From positions 288,001 through 352,000 of the forward strand of contig OZ242011.1 in assembly GCA_965204755.1 (NCBI GenBank): a DNA stretch of 64,000 nt, in the 5' to 3' direction. Under the pieces are notes generated by a model. It did not search any database. It saw only the letters and a list, made by a program, of their open reading frames with translations, and was not told the origin of the DNA. The stretch's first letter is position 1. Each line of letters opens with the position of its first letter. Positions 30,462-41,244 of the stretch are shown here, piece after piece. The position numbers and the translations under genes were made by a program. Origin of the DNA: Candidatus Marinacidobacterium sp. Its GTDB lineage: Bacteria > Acidobacteriota > Vicinamibacteria > Marinacidobacterales > Marinacidobacteraceae.

Positions 30462-31558
30462 GCCGGGACCCGGTTGTCGTAGCCGAGCAGTTCCTGCCCC
30501 GGCGCGCAGGCCTCCGCCAGCCGGGCGTGCTCGCCGGGGGCGAGGCGCAGCCGGCTCGGCGGCCGCTTCCGGGGCATCGCGGCCACCTCGCGGAGCCACC
30601 CTTCGTCCACGAACTCTTCCCCGACGAACTCGATGAACCGGCGCATTTCCTCCAGGGGCGACTCCACCGCCGTCTCGAACCGCATGGAGAGCACCCGCTC
30701 CGGCGGCAACTCCCCGAGATAGCGGACCCCCTGCTCGATCATGCCGCTCCAGAACCGCCCGAACGCCTCCAGCGGGAACCGGATCCGGTCGTAGAGCCGG
30801 CGGGAGAACAGGCGGAACCGCACGCGTTCGAAGGCGGGCAGCCACGGACTCGTCCCCACCCAGTTGTTCGGGTGGAAGGGGTCGAGCCCCAACTTGCGCA
30901 TCAGCCAGGCGGCCTGGACGCGGACGCGGAAGAAGTGGTGTCCCTGCATGGACATCGCCGTGTCGCGGCCGTCCCGGTAGATATGGACGAAGCGGGCGTC
31001 GGGAAAGAGCCGCGCCAGCGTGGGAACGAACAGGAGGGACGCGCCCGAGCGCTCGATCCAGGCGCGTTTCCCGAACCGCCGCGCCAGCCATTCGAAGACG
31101 AAGCGGTAGTGGTTTCCCAGGGAATCCTCGCCGCGGCTGCGCACCACCGGGGCGAACTCGTCCCACAGCCGTTCGTGGTCGTCGGTCAGGTGCGGCAGGG
31201 TGACGCACAGGATCGGGGGCACTTCCTCCGGCCGGTACCGGGCGCCCTCGCCGAGCGGGTAGAGGAACTCGTCGATGATGAGGTCGTTCTTCATGAGCGC
31301 CCGGCCGGCCGGCGGCAGGACGCCGAGCCGCCGGTACACCTGTTCGCCGGTCAACCGGTCGCCCCGGAGCGCCGAACTCGACATCACCGGCCAGAACTCG
31401 GAGAGGCTCAGCAGGTCGGGGTGCCGCCGCACCATGTTGGAGAGCATGGTGGAGCCGCATCGTCCGGTGCTCACGATGAACACCGGGGCGGCGGCGGGCC
31501 CGGGCCCGCCCTCCGCCTCCGGGGCGGCCGCCGCCGGGGGAGCGGAAGCCGCGTTCAC
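30458..31558 (-). CDS. PAPS-dependent sulfotransferase
   Basis: [10 protein letters not shown] (5'-PSB loop), [20 protein letters not shown] (3'-PB) and MRFE motifs; GTGA overlap with the upstream oxygenase. Confidence 0.9.
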   Translation of the reverse strand: MNAASAPPAAAAPEAEGGPGPAAAPVFIVSTGRCGSTMLSNMVRRHPDLLSLSEFWPVMSSSALRGDRLTGEQVYRRLGVLPPAGRALMKNDLIIDEFLYPLGEGARYRPEEVPPILCVTLPHLTDDHERLWDEFAPVVRSRGEDSLGNHYRFVFEWLARRFGKRAWIERSGASLLFVPTLARLFPDARFVHIYRDGRDTAMSMQGHHFFRVRVQAAWLMRKLGLDPFHPNNWVGTSPWLPAFERVRFRLFSRRLYDRIRFPLEAFGRFWSGMIEQGVRYLGELPPERVLSMRFETAVESPLEEMRRFIEFVGEEFVDEGWLREVAAMPRKRPPSRLRLAPGEHARLAEACAPGQELLGYDNRVPA

Positions 31559-32721
31559 CACGGGCTCGCCTCCCGAGCCTCCACCCGGTCGGGCAGGCGG
31601 TAACTGAGGTCGGGGATCGAGGAAGCGTCGAGCAGGAAGACGAAGTTGCTGCCCCGCCAACGGGAGGCGAGGGAGGGGGACAGGCGGTGGAGGGCGGCGT
31701 GGGCGGACCTCTTCCACCGGAGCCAGGCCAGCAGGCCCAGCGTGGGCTTCTTGGGGAACCCGAGCCGGTCCGATACCTCGCGTCCGAGCAGGGCGCGCGA
31801 AACCTGGTAGGCGTTTTCGACGAACGCCTTCTTCTCCTTGGGATCGGTCATCCGCGCCACTTCGGGGAGCGCCCGGACCAGGGCGTTCGCGATCACCGCC
31901 GACTCTTCGCCGGGGGGCGGCTCGAGCAGGGTCGCGATCCGGTGCAGTTCGTTCGTCTTCGCCTCGTCACCTTCGAACAGGAGTTCTTCGGGCGTGCCGA
32001 TGAGGTAGGAGGCGTAACGCCAGGTCTGCATGAAGCCCACGCGTTCGGCGTCGTCGAGCCGGGCGCCCAGCCGTTCCGCCTGGAGGAGCATCGTCGCGGA
32101 GAAGTTGGCCGAGGCGAGCGCCATGTGGGCGGAACTGAGCGGTATCCCGAAGGCGTCTTCGTCCCAGTCGCCCGAAGTCCGCAGGAGACGCCGGACCCGG
32201 GCATGCACCAGCCGGATGCGGACCGAGAGTTTCCAGCCTTCGCCTTCCCGGTCGAGGGCGCCGGGGAGCATGATCTCGATGAAGTGCCGGGTGTTCTGCC
32301 GGATGCGGCGCAGCCCGTGCTCGGTGGTGACGCGCCCGGTCCGGTAGAAGGCCTTGCTGATCAGCGTCGCCGCGTTCTGGACGGTTACCACGAAGAACGC
32401 GGGAATGAAGAGGTCGGAGTAGGCGTGGAAGGCGCGGCAGCCGGGAACCGCGGCTTCCGGATCGAACCATTCGGGAGGCTCGAACCGGTCGAAGAACTCC
32501 CGCAGCGGCGCCGGCGCCCGGTCGAGCGTCTCCCGGTCGCGGTCCATCCCGGCCTCGATGAAGCGGTGCACCGCCTCCGGGTCGAGGGCTTCCAGCGACT
32601 CGATCGCCTCGTCGGCCACCGGGTCGCCGACGACGGTGTACTCGAGGTACTTGTCGGCGAGCGCGGGGGCGAGCGCGCGGGCTTCCTCGTAGCGCGCCCG
32701 GTAGGCGGTCGGGATGGTCAT
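31555..32721 (-). CDS. MpaB/Lcp-like (DUF2236) heme oxygenase-family protein
   Basis: [39 protein letters not shown] and WRYASYLIG pattern. Confidence 0.82.
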   Translation of the reverse strand: MTIPTAYRARYEEARALAPALADKYLEYTVVGDPVADEAIESLEALDPEAVHRFIEAGMDRDRETLDRAPAPLREFFDRFEPPEWFDPEAAVPGCRAFHAYSDLFIPAFFVVTVQNAATLISKAFYRTGRVTTEHGLRRIRQNTRHFIEIMLPGALDREGEGWKLSVRIRLVHARVRRLLRTSGDWDEDAFGIPLSSAHMALASANFSATMLLQAERLGARLDDAERVGFMQTWRYASYLIGTPEELLFEGDEAKTNELHRIATLLEPPPGEESAVIANALVRALPEVARMTDPKEKKAFVENAYQVSRALLGREVSDRLGFPKKPTLGLLAWLRWKRSAHAALHRLSPSLASRWRGSNFVFLLDASSIPDLSYRLPDRVEAREASPW

Positions 32722-32881
32722 GGCGGCGCGTCCGCGCGGGTCGCGCCGGCGAAGGCCCGCCGTCGTCCCCGTTGGCCGAAGGAGTCCACGGCGCCCGCGC
32801 GGACGGGGAAAGTGTAGTCCTGCGGGTCGCCGCCGGGCCGCCGGGCGAGCGGGAGGAGAGCCGCCGCGCCGGCGATCACCC

Positions 32882-34153
32882 TCAGTCCGCCGCCCCGCCG
32901 CGCGCGGGTTCGCACAGGGACGGCTGCTCTCGCAGGTAGTCCCAGACCGCCTCCGCCACCCAGCGGTGCCCGGTCGGCGAGAAATGGAAGTCCCGCGGGA
33001 ATCGGGATTCCCTTACCTCTCGTCCCTTGCCGGTGATGTCTTCGTACAGGTCGATGACCGGAATCCCGCGCTCCTCGGCCAACTCCCGCATTTCGGCGAT
33101 GCGTTTCGTCCGGAACAGCCAGTGCAGCAGCACGACCAGGTGGAATCGGTCGCGAACGGCGCGCGCCTGGAACTCATCGAGCGCGAAGGCGGTGAACTCG
33201 ATCGCCTCCTCGACCACCGGCGGCGGCCGGACCCCGGTGCTTCGCGCCAGGGTCATGGTGGAGGTCATCTCCCCGGACAGCATCAACCGCTGGGGCCGCC
33301 AGCCGCGAAGGGGCGGCGTGTCCGGGGCCAGCCGCCGCCACCGCCGCCGCGCCCGCCACCGGTAGTAGTCCAGCCGGGCCTCGGAGGCGAGGTTGTGGCC
33401 GTCCATCCGGCCCCACAGGTACGACTTCTCGCGCAGCCAGGAGCGGAGCCCGCTCCGGTAGCGGTCATAGGCGCCGATCCACTCGCGAACCGCCGGGGAC
33501 GACCCGTCGGGCAGCCGCAGTCGGAGGGCCCCGTCCGCGCCGCGGGAGACCTGCGCGTACAACTCCGCGACCTGCCGACCGTAGTTCACCTCCCACCAGG
33601 CGCCGGTGTTCCCTTCGAAGTCGTTCGTCGCGGCGACGAGGACCACCACCCGCGGTTTCCGGGGCCGGACGAAGGCGTCGTAGAGCGGGATCTGCTGGAC
33701 GGTCCCGGTGCCCCGTCTCGCGTAGGCCGCGGTGGTGATGTCCAGGTCCGGCCGCTCGCGCGCCGCGAGCGCTTCGAGGGCGACCTGCATCTTGTCCGGC
33801 ACGGCGACCCCGGTCCCCTCGGTGAAGGAGTCCCCGATGAGGGCGATGTGGCAACTCGATACGGCCCGCTCCGCCGATACCGGCTCGCGGTCGAGGAAAC
33901 CGAAGCGGTTCGCCCTCGAGATCGTCCAGTAATCGCGGAGGTTCGTCCACCGCACTTCTTCGTGGGGTATCGGCAGGACGCCGACTTCCGGGACGAACCG
34001 GATCGGGTATCGGCTCGAGACGAAGGGGAAGGACCGGCGCAGCCGCACCTCGAGGACGAGCGCGACCGCGCCGACGCCGAGCAGTCCCAGCAACAGGTTC
34101 GCCGCGGCGATTCGCCCGAACCGGGCCGACCGCCCCCCGCTCCTCGGCGCCAC
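32882..34153 (-). CDS. SGNH/GDSL hydrolase-like protein paralog 2
   Basis: GTG at 34153 preceded by GGAGGGG; N-terminal TM; GDSFTEG, GTGT, NDFEGN and DFHF motifs. Confidence 0.8.
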   Translation of the reverse strand: MAPRSGGRSARFGRIAAANLLLGLLGVGAVALVLEVRLRRSFPFVSSRYPIRFVPEVGVLPIPHEEVRWTNLRDYWTISRANRFGFLDREPVSAERAVSSCHIALIGDSFTEGTGVAVPDKMQVALEALAARERPDLDITTAAYARRGTGTVQQIPLYDAFVRPRKPRVVVLVAATNDFEGNTGAWWEVNYGRQVAELYAQVSRGADGALRLRLPDGSSPAVREWIGAYDRYRSGLRSWLREKSYLWGRMDGHNLASEARLDYYRWRARRRWRRLAPDTPPLRGWRPQRLMLSGEMTSTMTLARSTGVRPPPVVEEAIEFTAFALDEFQARAVRDRFHLVVLLHWLFRTKRIAEMRELAEERGIPVIDLYEDITGKGREVRESRFPRDFHFSPTGHRWVAEAVWDYLREQPSLCEPARGGAAD

Positions 34154-34188
34154 GCCGCGCCCCCTCCGATGTCCCTGCCCGGCGCCCG

Positions 34189-36729
34189 CTATTCGACGAC
34201 GCGGATCTCGGCTCTCCATACACCGTCCCCGCCGACGATGTATTGACCGGTCGCGATGCGCGAGACCGGATACTCCGGAAGCGCCGCCCGCGCCACGCAC
34301 CTCCCGTCGAAACGCCAACCCTCGTCCGCGAACCAGAAGTCCCGGTTGGCGAAGCCGTACCGCGCGCGGTCCTCCGGCAGGACCGACGCTTCGGCGTAGA
34401 GGTGCAGGAAGAACCTCGCTTCCGTGTCGGCCGGCGAGCAGGACTCCCGGAGATACAGGATCCGGTTCCCGTCGAGATAGATGTCGAACTCCGAACGGGC
34501 GCGCGCCTCCCCGGCGGCGCCGGACGCCATCCGTTCGTAGATCGGCTCGTACACCCGCCGCTTCAGCGCCTCCGGCGAGAGTTCCGCGCTCCATGCCCGC
34601 GCCGCCCCGGGGACGCCCTGGCCGGTGTGCACCTCGTCGAAGTCGTGGAGCGAGCCCGGCGCCACCGCCACGCAGGTCCCGTCCACGACCGCCCCGTAGT
34701 CCGAAAACCGGAACGGCCGATCTTCGAACGGCCGGTCCTCGAACGCAGCCGAAACCGGCGCGCCGTCCGCCCCTTCGGGCGGCGGGCGGCGAAGGCGCAG
34801 GCGGAACGCCGCCGCCACATCCGCCGGTGAGCAGGGTTCCTTCACATAGTAGAGGGACTCCCCGTCGCCGTAGAGGTCGAAAACCGAGCGGACCGCCGGT
34901 TCGCCGAAGCCGCCGGAGCGAATCGTCTCGTGGATCTTCCGCCAGCGGTCGTCGGCGGGCTCGCTCGACCGGTTCACCCGCAGGATGACGCCGTCGGATA
35001 CATCCACGAGCGGCTCGAGGCCCGGCGTCATGCCGAGGAGCGGCGGGCCGTAGCCGTAGCCCCGATTGCTCTCGGCGAAGCGGAACCAGACGACCCAGGC
35101 GCCTTCCGGGGCGTCCTCGAACCATTCCGACAATACCTGCGGCGTTACATGGCCGTCGGCGGTCGGCGCGAGGCCGCCGCGCTTCGGCAGCGGCGAGAAC
35201 CCGCGGCCGCCGGAGGTGTACAGGTATGCCAGCGCCGGCCGGTTGGAATAGATGCGAAGCGGCGTCGGCGTGTGCAGGATGAAACTCAGGGTCTCGGATT
35301 CATACGGGTAGCGCGGCGTGAAGCCGGCGCGGAAGTCCGCTTCCTCCGTTTCGAGGCGCTCGATCTCGCGGGCGCCCGGAACCGCCTGCCCGGCGACCCA
35401 CAGGGTGAGCGCCGCCATCACCGCGCGGGCCGGCCCGCTGAGCGCGTCGAACCGGTCGAGGGCGCCGGTGATACCCGCGGCCGGCGGCTCGCCGGCCGGG
35501 AGATCCAGGTCGCGGCTCGGCTCGTCCCGGAGGAACCGGTCGAAGCCGAAGGCCGCCGCGAGCACCAGGGCGAGATAGACCGGCCCGAGCAGCCCCTCTT
35601 CCGCGGCGTGGGCCGCCGCCCCGAAGCGGAACGCCAGCGCCGCGACCCCGGTATGGACCGCCGCGAACCCGAGGAACACCGGGACCGCCCGGGAGGGCGC
35701 CGCGCTCCGCGCCGGCCCGCCGGCCTTCTTCCCGGTCTTCTTCCCGGTCTTCTTCCCGGTCTTCCTTCTCGCCGCAGCGGAAACGACGAGCGCCCCGGAG
35801 GCCATCGCCGCCAGCGTGAAGACCTCCCAGCCCCCGGAAGCGGAGGGGAGGAAGTTCACTTCGGCCCAACCCGAAAAGACCCGGAGCAGCCCGCCCGGCC
35901 CCTCCGGCCGCGAGTACCAGGCCGGCGCCCCGCTCCCGGGCAGCGAGACCGCCCAGGGGAGGAGCGCAACCGCCGCGGCGCCGCCGAGAACGGCCCGCCG
36001 CGCCAGCGTCGCCCGCCGGTCGAGGAGCAGCGCGGCGCCCACCGCGCCGACCAGCGCGGCGACCCCCAGGTACTGCGTCCAGCAGGCCAGCGCGGCGAAG
36101 GCCGCCGCGCCGACGAGCGACGCCGGTCGCCCCCGCTCCAGGTACTCCTCGGTCCGGATCATGGCCAGCGCGGACAGCAGCAGGAAGAGCGGCCCCGGGA
36201 GCGCGAAGCGGGACATCTCCAGCAGCGGGAGGGCCGCCGCCAAGGCGAACGGCGCCCATACCCGCAGGAACCCGGAGTCGAGGCGCCGACCCAGGTAGCG
36301 CCCGACCACGAACACCGTGGCGCCAAACAGCGCGGCGTTCAGCCATACCGCTATCTCGACCGGGTCGATCCAGGCCGGGCTGAAGAGCGTCAGCAGGAGC
36401 GGGTAGAGCGGCGGCCCCAGCGGGACTTCCGGGGTGGCGAAGCCGACGAAGCCCGCGCCGTCCCAGTAGTTCCGGGCCGCGGAGACCAGGTGGACGGCGC
36501 GCCCGGTGAGCCCCGCGCCGTCTTCCGTCTCGCGCCAGAGGACGAGGGCGGCCCCGAGCGCGGACGCCGCGGCAGCCGGGACGCTCCGCCAGCCGGCCCG
36601 CCGCGTCGGCGATTCCCCCCCTGCGTCCTCCCCTGCAGCGGGCCGCCCTCCCGCCGGAATCCCCCCGCCGAAGTCCGACGGGGGCCCCTCCTCCGCCGCC
36701 TTTCCCGATCCTCGCATCGCGGCTTCCAA
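34189..36729 (-). CDS. Multi-TM glycosyltransferase-C-like protein with two C-terminal repeated Cys-containing domains
   Basis: PPLYPLLL and about 10 TM helices; repeats RSVFDLY..YVKEPCSPAD..CVA..TGQ and RSEFDIY..YLRESCSPAD..CVA..TGQ. Confidence 0.65.
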   Translation of the reverse strand: MEAAMRGSGKAAEEGPPSDFGGGIPAGGRPAAGEDAGGESPTRRAGWRSVPAAAASALGAALVLWRETEDGAGLTGRAVHLVSAARNYWDGAGFVGFATPEVPLGPPLYPLLLTLFSPAWIDPVEIAVWLNAALFGATVFVVGRYLGRRLDSGFLRVWAPFALAAALPLLEMSRFALPGPLFLLLSALAMIRTEEYLERGRPASLVGAAAFAALACWTQYLGVAALVGAVGAALLLDRRATLARRAVLGGAAAVALLPWAVSLPGSGAPAWYSRPEGPGGLLRVFSGWAEVNFLPSASGGWEVFTLAAMASGALVVSAAARRKTGKKTGKKTGKKAGGPARSAAPSRAVPVFLGFAAVHTGVAALAFRFGAAAHAAEEGLLGPVYLALVLAAAFGFDRFLRDEPSRDLDLPAGEPPAAGITGALDRFDALSGPARAVMAALTLWVAGQAVPGAREIERLETEEADFRAGFTPRYPYESETLSFILHTPTPLRIYSNRPALAYLYTSGGRGFSPLPKRGGLAPTADGHVTPQVLSEWFEDAPEGAWVVWFRFAESNRGYGYGPPLLGMTPGLEPLVDVSDGVILRVNRSSEPADDRWRKIHETIRSGGFGEPAVRSVFDLYGDGESLYYVKEPCSPADVAAAFRLRLRRPPPEGADGAPVSAAFEDRPFEDRPFRFSDYGAVVDGTCVAVAPGSLHDFDEVHTGQGVPGAARAWSAELSPEALKRRVYEPIYERMASGAAGEARARSEFDIYLDGNRILYLRESCSPADTEARFFLHLYAEASVLPEDRARYGFANRDFWFADEGWRFDGRCVARAALPEYPVSRIATGQYIVGGDGVWRAEIRVVE

Positions 36730-36793
36730 TGGTACCGACGAGACCCCGACGGGCGGGACTCGCGTCTTCCCGCGGCGCCCGGCGCGCCGGCGA

Positions 36794-39700
36794 TCAGCGG
36801 AAACGCGGCGCCGGTCCCCGGCCGGCCGGGGAGCGGAGGTCGGCGGCGAGGGTGAAGAGGACCGGGACGAGGATCAGCGTCACCGCCGTGGCGAACGCCA
36901 CGCCGAACGCCAGCGAAGCCGCCATCGGGACCAGGAACTGCGCCTGGACGCTCCGCTCCGCCAGCAGCGGCGCGAGTCCGGCGCAGGTGGTCAGCGTGGT
37001 CAGGACCACCGCGCGGAAGCGCCGCGGCCCGGCCCGGAGCGCGGCCTCCCGGACGCCGTCCCCCCGGCGGATCCGGCCGTTCATGAAGTGGAGCAGGACC
37101 AGCGCGTCGTTCACCACGATGCCGATGAGGGGCGCCATGCCGAAGAAACTGGTGACGCCGAGGCTCACCCCCAGCACCCAGTGCCCGAAGACCGCCCCGG
37201 CCAGCCCGAAGGGGACGGCGGCGAGGATCACGAACGGCTGGCCCCAGGACGAGAGCGGCGCGGCGAGCAGGACATAGATGAGCAGGACGGCGAGCAGCGT
37301 CTGCCGGCCGAGCGCGGCGATGGTGTCGTTCGCTTCGCCGGTGAAGCCCACCACCTCGAAGCGGAGGCCGGGGAACCGCTCCTCCCACTCGGGGAACAGG
37401 GCCTCCCGGACCTCGGCCAGGATCGCGCTGGCCGAGGCGGCCGCCGGGTCCACGCCGGCGTCCACCGTGGCCGCCCGCCGCCCGTCCACCCGGCGGATGA
37501 CCGAGTAGCCCTCTTCCCGGGCGAGGGCCGCCACTTCGCCGAGCGGCGCCCCGCCGCCCCCGGCGCGGCCCCGCACCCGCATCGAGGCGAGGCGCCCGAG
37601 GCTCCCCCGTTCGGCGGCGGCGTAGCGGAGGACGACCGGGACTTCGTCCGGGCCGCGCTGGATCCGCTGCACTTCCTCGCCGTGGAACGCCTGGCGCACC
37701 TGCCGGCCGAACTCGGCGGCCCCGATCCCCACCCCCGCCCCGCCGGGCCGCGCCCGCGCCACGAACTCGGGGGCGCCGCTCTCCAGGTCGTCCGAGACCA
37801 GGACGACGCCCGGGTACTCCCGCAGCCGGGAGCGCGCCTCGGCGGTCGCCTCGACCAGCGCGTCACCGTCATCGTCACCGCCGCTGATCCGGATCGAGAG
37901 GTCCGCCGACTCGCCGAGGAGCGAAGTCGAGACGGTGACTTCCGCGCCGCCCGGCAAGTCCCGGACCTCCGCGCGCAGCCGGTCGGCGATCCGGCGGGTC
38001 GAGACCTCCGGCCGCTCGCCGGCCGACCGGAGTTCCCAGTTGAGTTGACCCACCGAGGCGCCCTCGCGGGCCGCGTCCCCGCCCATCGCCCCGCCGGGGC
38101 CGGACGGGAGTTGCCGGCCCGCGAGCGCCGCGAGGCTGCCGTGGATCCGGACGCCGCTCCCGGTCTCGACTTCCTCCCGCACCCGGCCGACGGCCGCTTC
38201 GAGGTCCGCCATCACCCGGCGCGTCGCTTCGGCGGAAGACCCCGGGGGGAGCCGCGCCCGGACGACCACAGTGTCCCGGTCGAAGAGCGGCGCGGGCTCC
38301 ACCGGCACCCAGCCGCCCCGCGCGAGGCCGGCGGCGAGCGCCAGCCAGAGGACGAAGAGCGAAAGCGCCGCCGCCCGGTTGTCGAGGGCGAACCGGAGCG
38401 CCGGGAGATAAGCGACGCGGACCGTCGCCTCGAACAGCCCCTGCGCCCGGCCCCGGATCCGGGCCAGCAGCGGGCTGGGGCGGACGCCGAGGCCGCCGCG
38501 CGCCAGGTGGCGCGGGAGGATCCAGGCGCTTTCCAGCAGGGAGAAGGCGAGCACCGGGATCACGATCCGGGGGAGCGTCCCGATGAGTTCGCCCCAGACT
38601 CCGGGGAGGCCGAACAGCGGCGTGAACGCCGCCATCGTGGTGAGCACCCCGAAGACCACCGGCGCGAGCACCTGCCGCGCGCCCCGGACCGCCGCTTCCG
38701 CCGGGGGGCGCTTTCCCCGCTCCAGCCCCCGCCAGACATTCTCCCCGACCACGATGGCGTCGTCCACGACGATGCCGAGCGTGAGGATGAAGGCGAACAG
38801 GCTGATCATGTTCACGGTTACCGAGAGGCCGGGCATGAGCAGGAACGCCCCGAAGAACGACACCGGGAGCCCGGCGGCGGTCCAGACCGCGAGCCGGGTG
38901 GACAGCGTGAAGAAGAGCAGCAGGAAGATCAGCGCGAGCCCCTGGAGGCCGTTCCGGACGAGGACTTCCATCCGGCTCTCGAAGAGCCGCCAGGAGTTGA
39001 ACCAGGGCGTAACCGACAACCCTTCCGGGAGGGGGAACCCGGACACCCGGTCGAGCACCGCGTTCGTCGCGTCGAGCAGCCGCGCCCCCGGCGCCAGGGT
39101 GGCGCCCAGGAACACCGCCGGCTCGCCGTCGAACCGCGCCTCCCGGTCCGCGTCGGCGAAGCCGTCGGTGACCGCGGCGAGGTCGCCCACCGTCACCACC
39201 CCGCCCTCCGGCGTCGCGATCACCGGCAGCCGCTCGTAGTCGGCGGCGGTGGTCGCGCCCGCGGCGGTCCGGAGCCGGACTTCCCGATCCCCGGAGCGGA
39301 GCCGGCCGCCGGGGATGTCGGCGGATCCCGCGCGGATCGCCTCGGCCAGCCGGTCGAACCCCAGGCCGAACCGGACGAGCGCCGCCTCGGTGGTCTCGAT
39401 GGAGATCTCGTAGTCGCGGCCGCTCTCCCGCCTCACCGCCCCCACGCCGGGAACGGCGGCGACCGCTTCCTCGACCAGGCGGGCCGCTTCCCGGAGGCTC
39501 CGCTCGTCCGCCTCGCCGTGGACGGCGAGCCGCAGCAGCAGCCGCTCCGGCGAGACCTCGGAGACCACCGGGGTCTCCGCCTCCGCCGGCAGGGCGGCGA
39601 GCGCGCCCACCCGCTCCCGGACCTCGTCGCCGACGGCGCGGAGGTCGGCCCGGGAGGCCAGTTGGAGGGTGAGCGTCCCGAACCCTTCGGCGGCGACGCC

Positions 39701-40057
39701 GACCGTCTCCTCCACCCCTTCGAGCCCGGCGACCGCCTCTTCGAGGCGCAGCAGCACGCCTTCCTCCACGGCGGGGGCGCTCGCGCCGGGGAACGCCACC
39801 CGGATGGAGATCGCCGAGGAGCCGGTGTCCGGGACCAACTCCTGGGGGATGCCGCCGAGGGTGAAGAAGCCGGCGAGCGAGATCCCGAAGAACAGGAGGT
39901 TCGCCGCCACCCGGTTCTCGACGAACCAGGCGACGACTCCCTTCGGGCGCCCTGTCGGACGGGCTGTCGGACGGGCTGTCGGACGGGCTGTCGGACGGGC
40001 TGTCGGGCGGCCCCCCGCCCGGCCCGGCGGGGCGGGAGCGTCCGGGCCCGGACTCAC
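36794..40057 (-). CDS. RND efflux permease (AcrB/AcrD/AcrF family)
   Basis: NRVAANLL, GIVVDDAIVVGEN, GIVVNDAL, RFRAVVLTTLTT; GTGA overlap with the MFP gene. Confidence 0.92.
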   Translation of the reverse strand: MSPGPDAPAPPGRAGGRPTARPTARPTARPTARPTGRPKGVVAWFVENRVAANLLFFGISLAGFFTLGGIPQELVPDTGSSAISIRVAFPGASAPAVEEGVLLRLEEAVAGLEGVEETVGVAAEGFGTLTLQLASRADLRAVGDEVRERVGALAALPAEAETPVVSEVSPERLLLRLAVHGEADERSLREAARLVEEAVAAVPGVGAVRRESGRDYEISIETTEAALVRFGLGFDRLAEAIRAGSADIPGGRLRSGDREVRLRTAAGATTAADYERLPVIATPEGGVVTVGDLAAVTDGFADADREARFDGEPAVFLGATLAPGARLLDATNAVLDRVSGFPLPEGLSVTPWFNSWRLFESRMEVLVRNGLQGLALIFLLLFFTLSTRLAVWTAAGLPVSFFGAFLLMPGLSVTVNMISLFAFILTLGIVVDDAIVVGENVWRGLERGKRPPAEAAVRGARQVLAPVVFGVLTTMAAFTPLFGLPGVWGELIGTLPRIVIPVLAFSLLESAWILPRHLARGGLGVRPSPLLARIRGRAQGLFEATVRVAYLPALRFALDNRAAALSLFVLWLALAAGLARGGWVPVEPAPLFDRDTVVVRARLPPGSSAEATRRVMADLEAAVGRVREEVETGSGVRIHGSLAALAGRQLPSGPGGAMGGDAAREGASVGQLNWELRSAGERPEVSTRRIADRLRAEVRDLPGGAEVTVSTSLLGESADLSIRISGGDDDGDALVEATAEARSRLREYPGVVLVSDDLESGAPEFVARARPGGAGVGIGAAEFGRQVRQAFHGEEVQRIQRGPDEVPVVLRYAAAERGSLGRLASMRVRGRAGGGGAPLGEVAALAREEGYSVIRRVDGRRAATVDAGVDPAAASASAILAEVREALFPEWEERFPGLRFEVVGFTGEANDTIAALGRQTLLAVLLIYVLLAAPLSSWGQPFVILAAVPFGLAGAVFGHWVLGVSLGVTSFFGMAPLIGIVVNDALVLLHFMNGRIRRGDGVREAALRAGPRRFRAVVLTTLTTCAGLAPLLAERSVQAQFLVPMAASLAFGVAFATAVTLILVPVLFTLAADLRSPAGRGPAPRFR

Positions 40058-41244
40058 CGGGCGGGCGGCTCGCCGCCCGGCGGCGGGGCCGCGGCTTCCA
40101 CGCGGACGAGCATCCCCTCGGCGACGACCGCCGGCGGCGCGGTTACCACCCGCTCCCCGTCGGCCAGCCCCGACCGGACCAGCGCGCGGCCGTCCTCGAG
40201 GGGCGTCCGGAGGGCGTCCACCGCGCGGAGGCGGAGGCGGTCGCCGCCGTCCACGACGAGGACCGCGCCGTCTTCGCGGAAGGCGCTCTCCGGGAGGGAC
40301 GCCGCGCCGGGGAACTCCCTCCCTTCGATCAGGACCTCGACCGAAGAGCCGAAGACCAGCGGCGGGCCGCCGTCCGGGGCCGGGCGGTAGGGCCGGGCGA
40401 CTTCGACGACGGCGGAGAAGAACCGGGTGGCGGGGTCCACCTCCGCCTCCACCCGGACGAGCCGGCCTTCCCGGACGCCCCGGGGCGAGGCGTCCGGCGC
40501 CCCGGAGACGGGAACCAGCCGGGCGCGGGGCCCCGGCCCCGACCGGGCGCCGCCGATCGGCGCCTCCACCAGGGCGGCGGCCTCGTCCGGCAGGGAGACG
40601 CGCACTTCGGCGGTCTCGACGGAGAGGAGTTCCACGAGCGCCCGGCCCGGCGCCGCCCACTCGCCCACTTCGACCGACCGCTCGCCGACCAGCCCGGCGC
40701 GGGGCGCGAGGACTTCGGTGCGCTCGAGGTCGCGCTCGGCGGTCGCGAGCGCGGCGCGGGCGGCGCGGAGGGCCGCTTCGGCCGCCGCGAGTTGGGGTTG
40801 CCGGAGCGCCAGCGGATCGGGATCGGCGCCGGTCTCTTCGGCCCACTCCGCCCGCGCCAGGCCGGCGGCGGCCCGCTCCCGGGCGGCGAGCAACTCGGCC
40901 TCGGCCAGGGCGCTCTCCGCCCGGGCCACCCGGAGTTCGTAGTCGAGCGGCTCGATGCGGAAGAGCGCCGCCCCGGCCTCCACCCGGGCGCCGTTCCGGA
41001 GGCCGGGGGCGGCCCAGGCGACCCTCCCGGCCACTTCGGCGGCGAGGGTGGTCCGGCGCGCCGGACGGACGACGCCGTAGGCGCGCGCGACCGGTCGGCG
41101 CGGCGCGAGCCGGACGGTCTCCACCCGGACGGCGGGCGGGAGCGGCTCGCTCCGGCCGGCGACCGGTTCGGGGCCGAGCGCGGTGAGCAGCGCGAACAGC
41201 CCGGCGGCGGCCGCCAGGATCGGGAGGAACAGGAACCGCCTCAT
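40054..41244 (-). CDS. RND membrane fusion protein (periplasmic adaptor)
   Basis: Start MRRFLFLP at 41244 (ATGA overlap); lipoyl-hairpin pattern AEVAGRV...LERTEVLAPRAG; VDPATR and SGLADGERVV. Confidence 0.9.
   Translation of the reverse strand: MRRFLFLPILAAAAGLFALLTALGPEPVAGRSEPLPPAVRVETVRLAPRRPVARAYGVVRPARRTTLAAEVAGRVAWAAPGLRNGARVEAGAALFRIEPLDYELRVARAESALAEAELLAARERAAAGLARAEWAEETGADPDPLALRQPQLAAAEAALRAARAALATAERDLERTEVLAPRAGLVGERSVEVGEWAAPGRALVELLSVETAEVRVSLPDEAAALVEAPIGGARSGPGPRARLVPVSGAPDASPRGVREGRLVRVEAEVDPATRFFSAVVEVARPYRPAPDGGPPLVFGSSVEVLIEGREFPGAASLPESAFREDGAVLVVDGGDRLRLRAVDALRTPLEDGRALVRSGLADGERVVTAPPAVVAEGMLVRVEAAAPPPGGEPPAR

Noticed and set aside
32866-32879. cgcgccggcgatca shared with the RND permease end (~36783) as a cassette boundary
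   Set aside because: A short GC-rich match that is plausible by chance.
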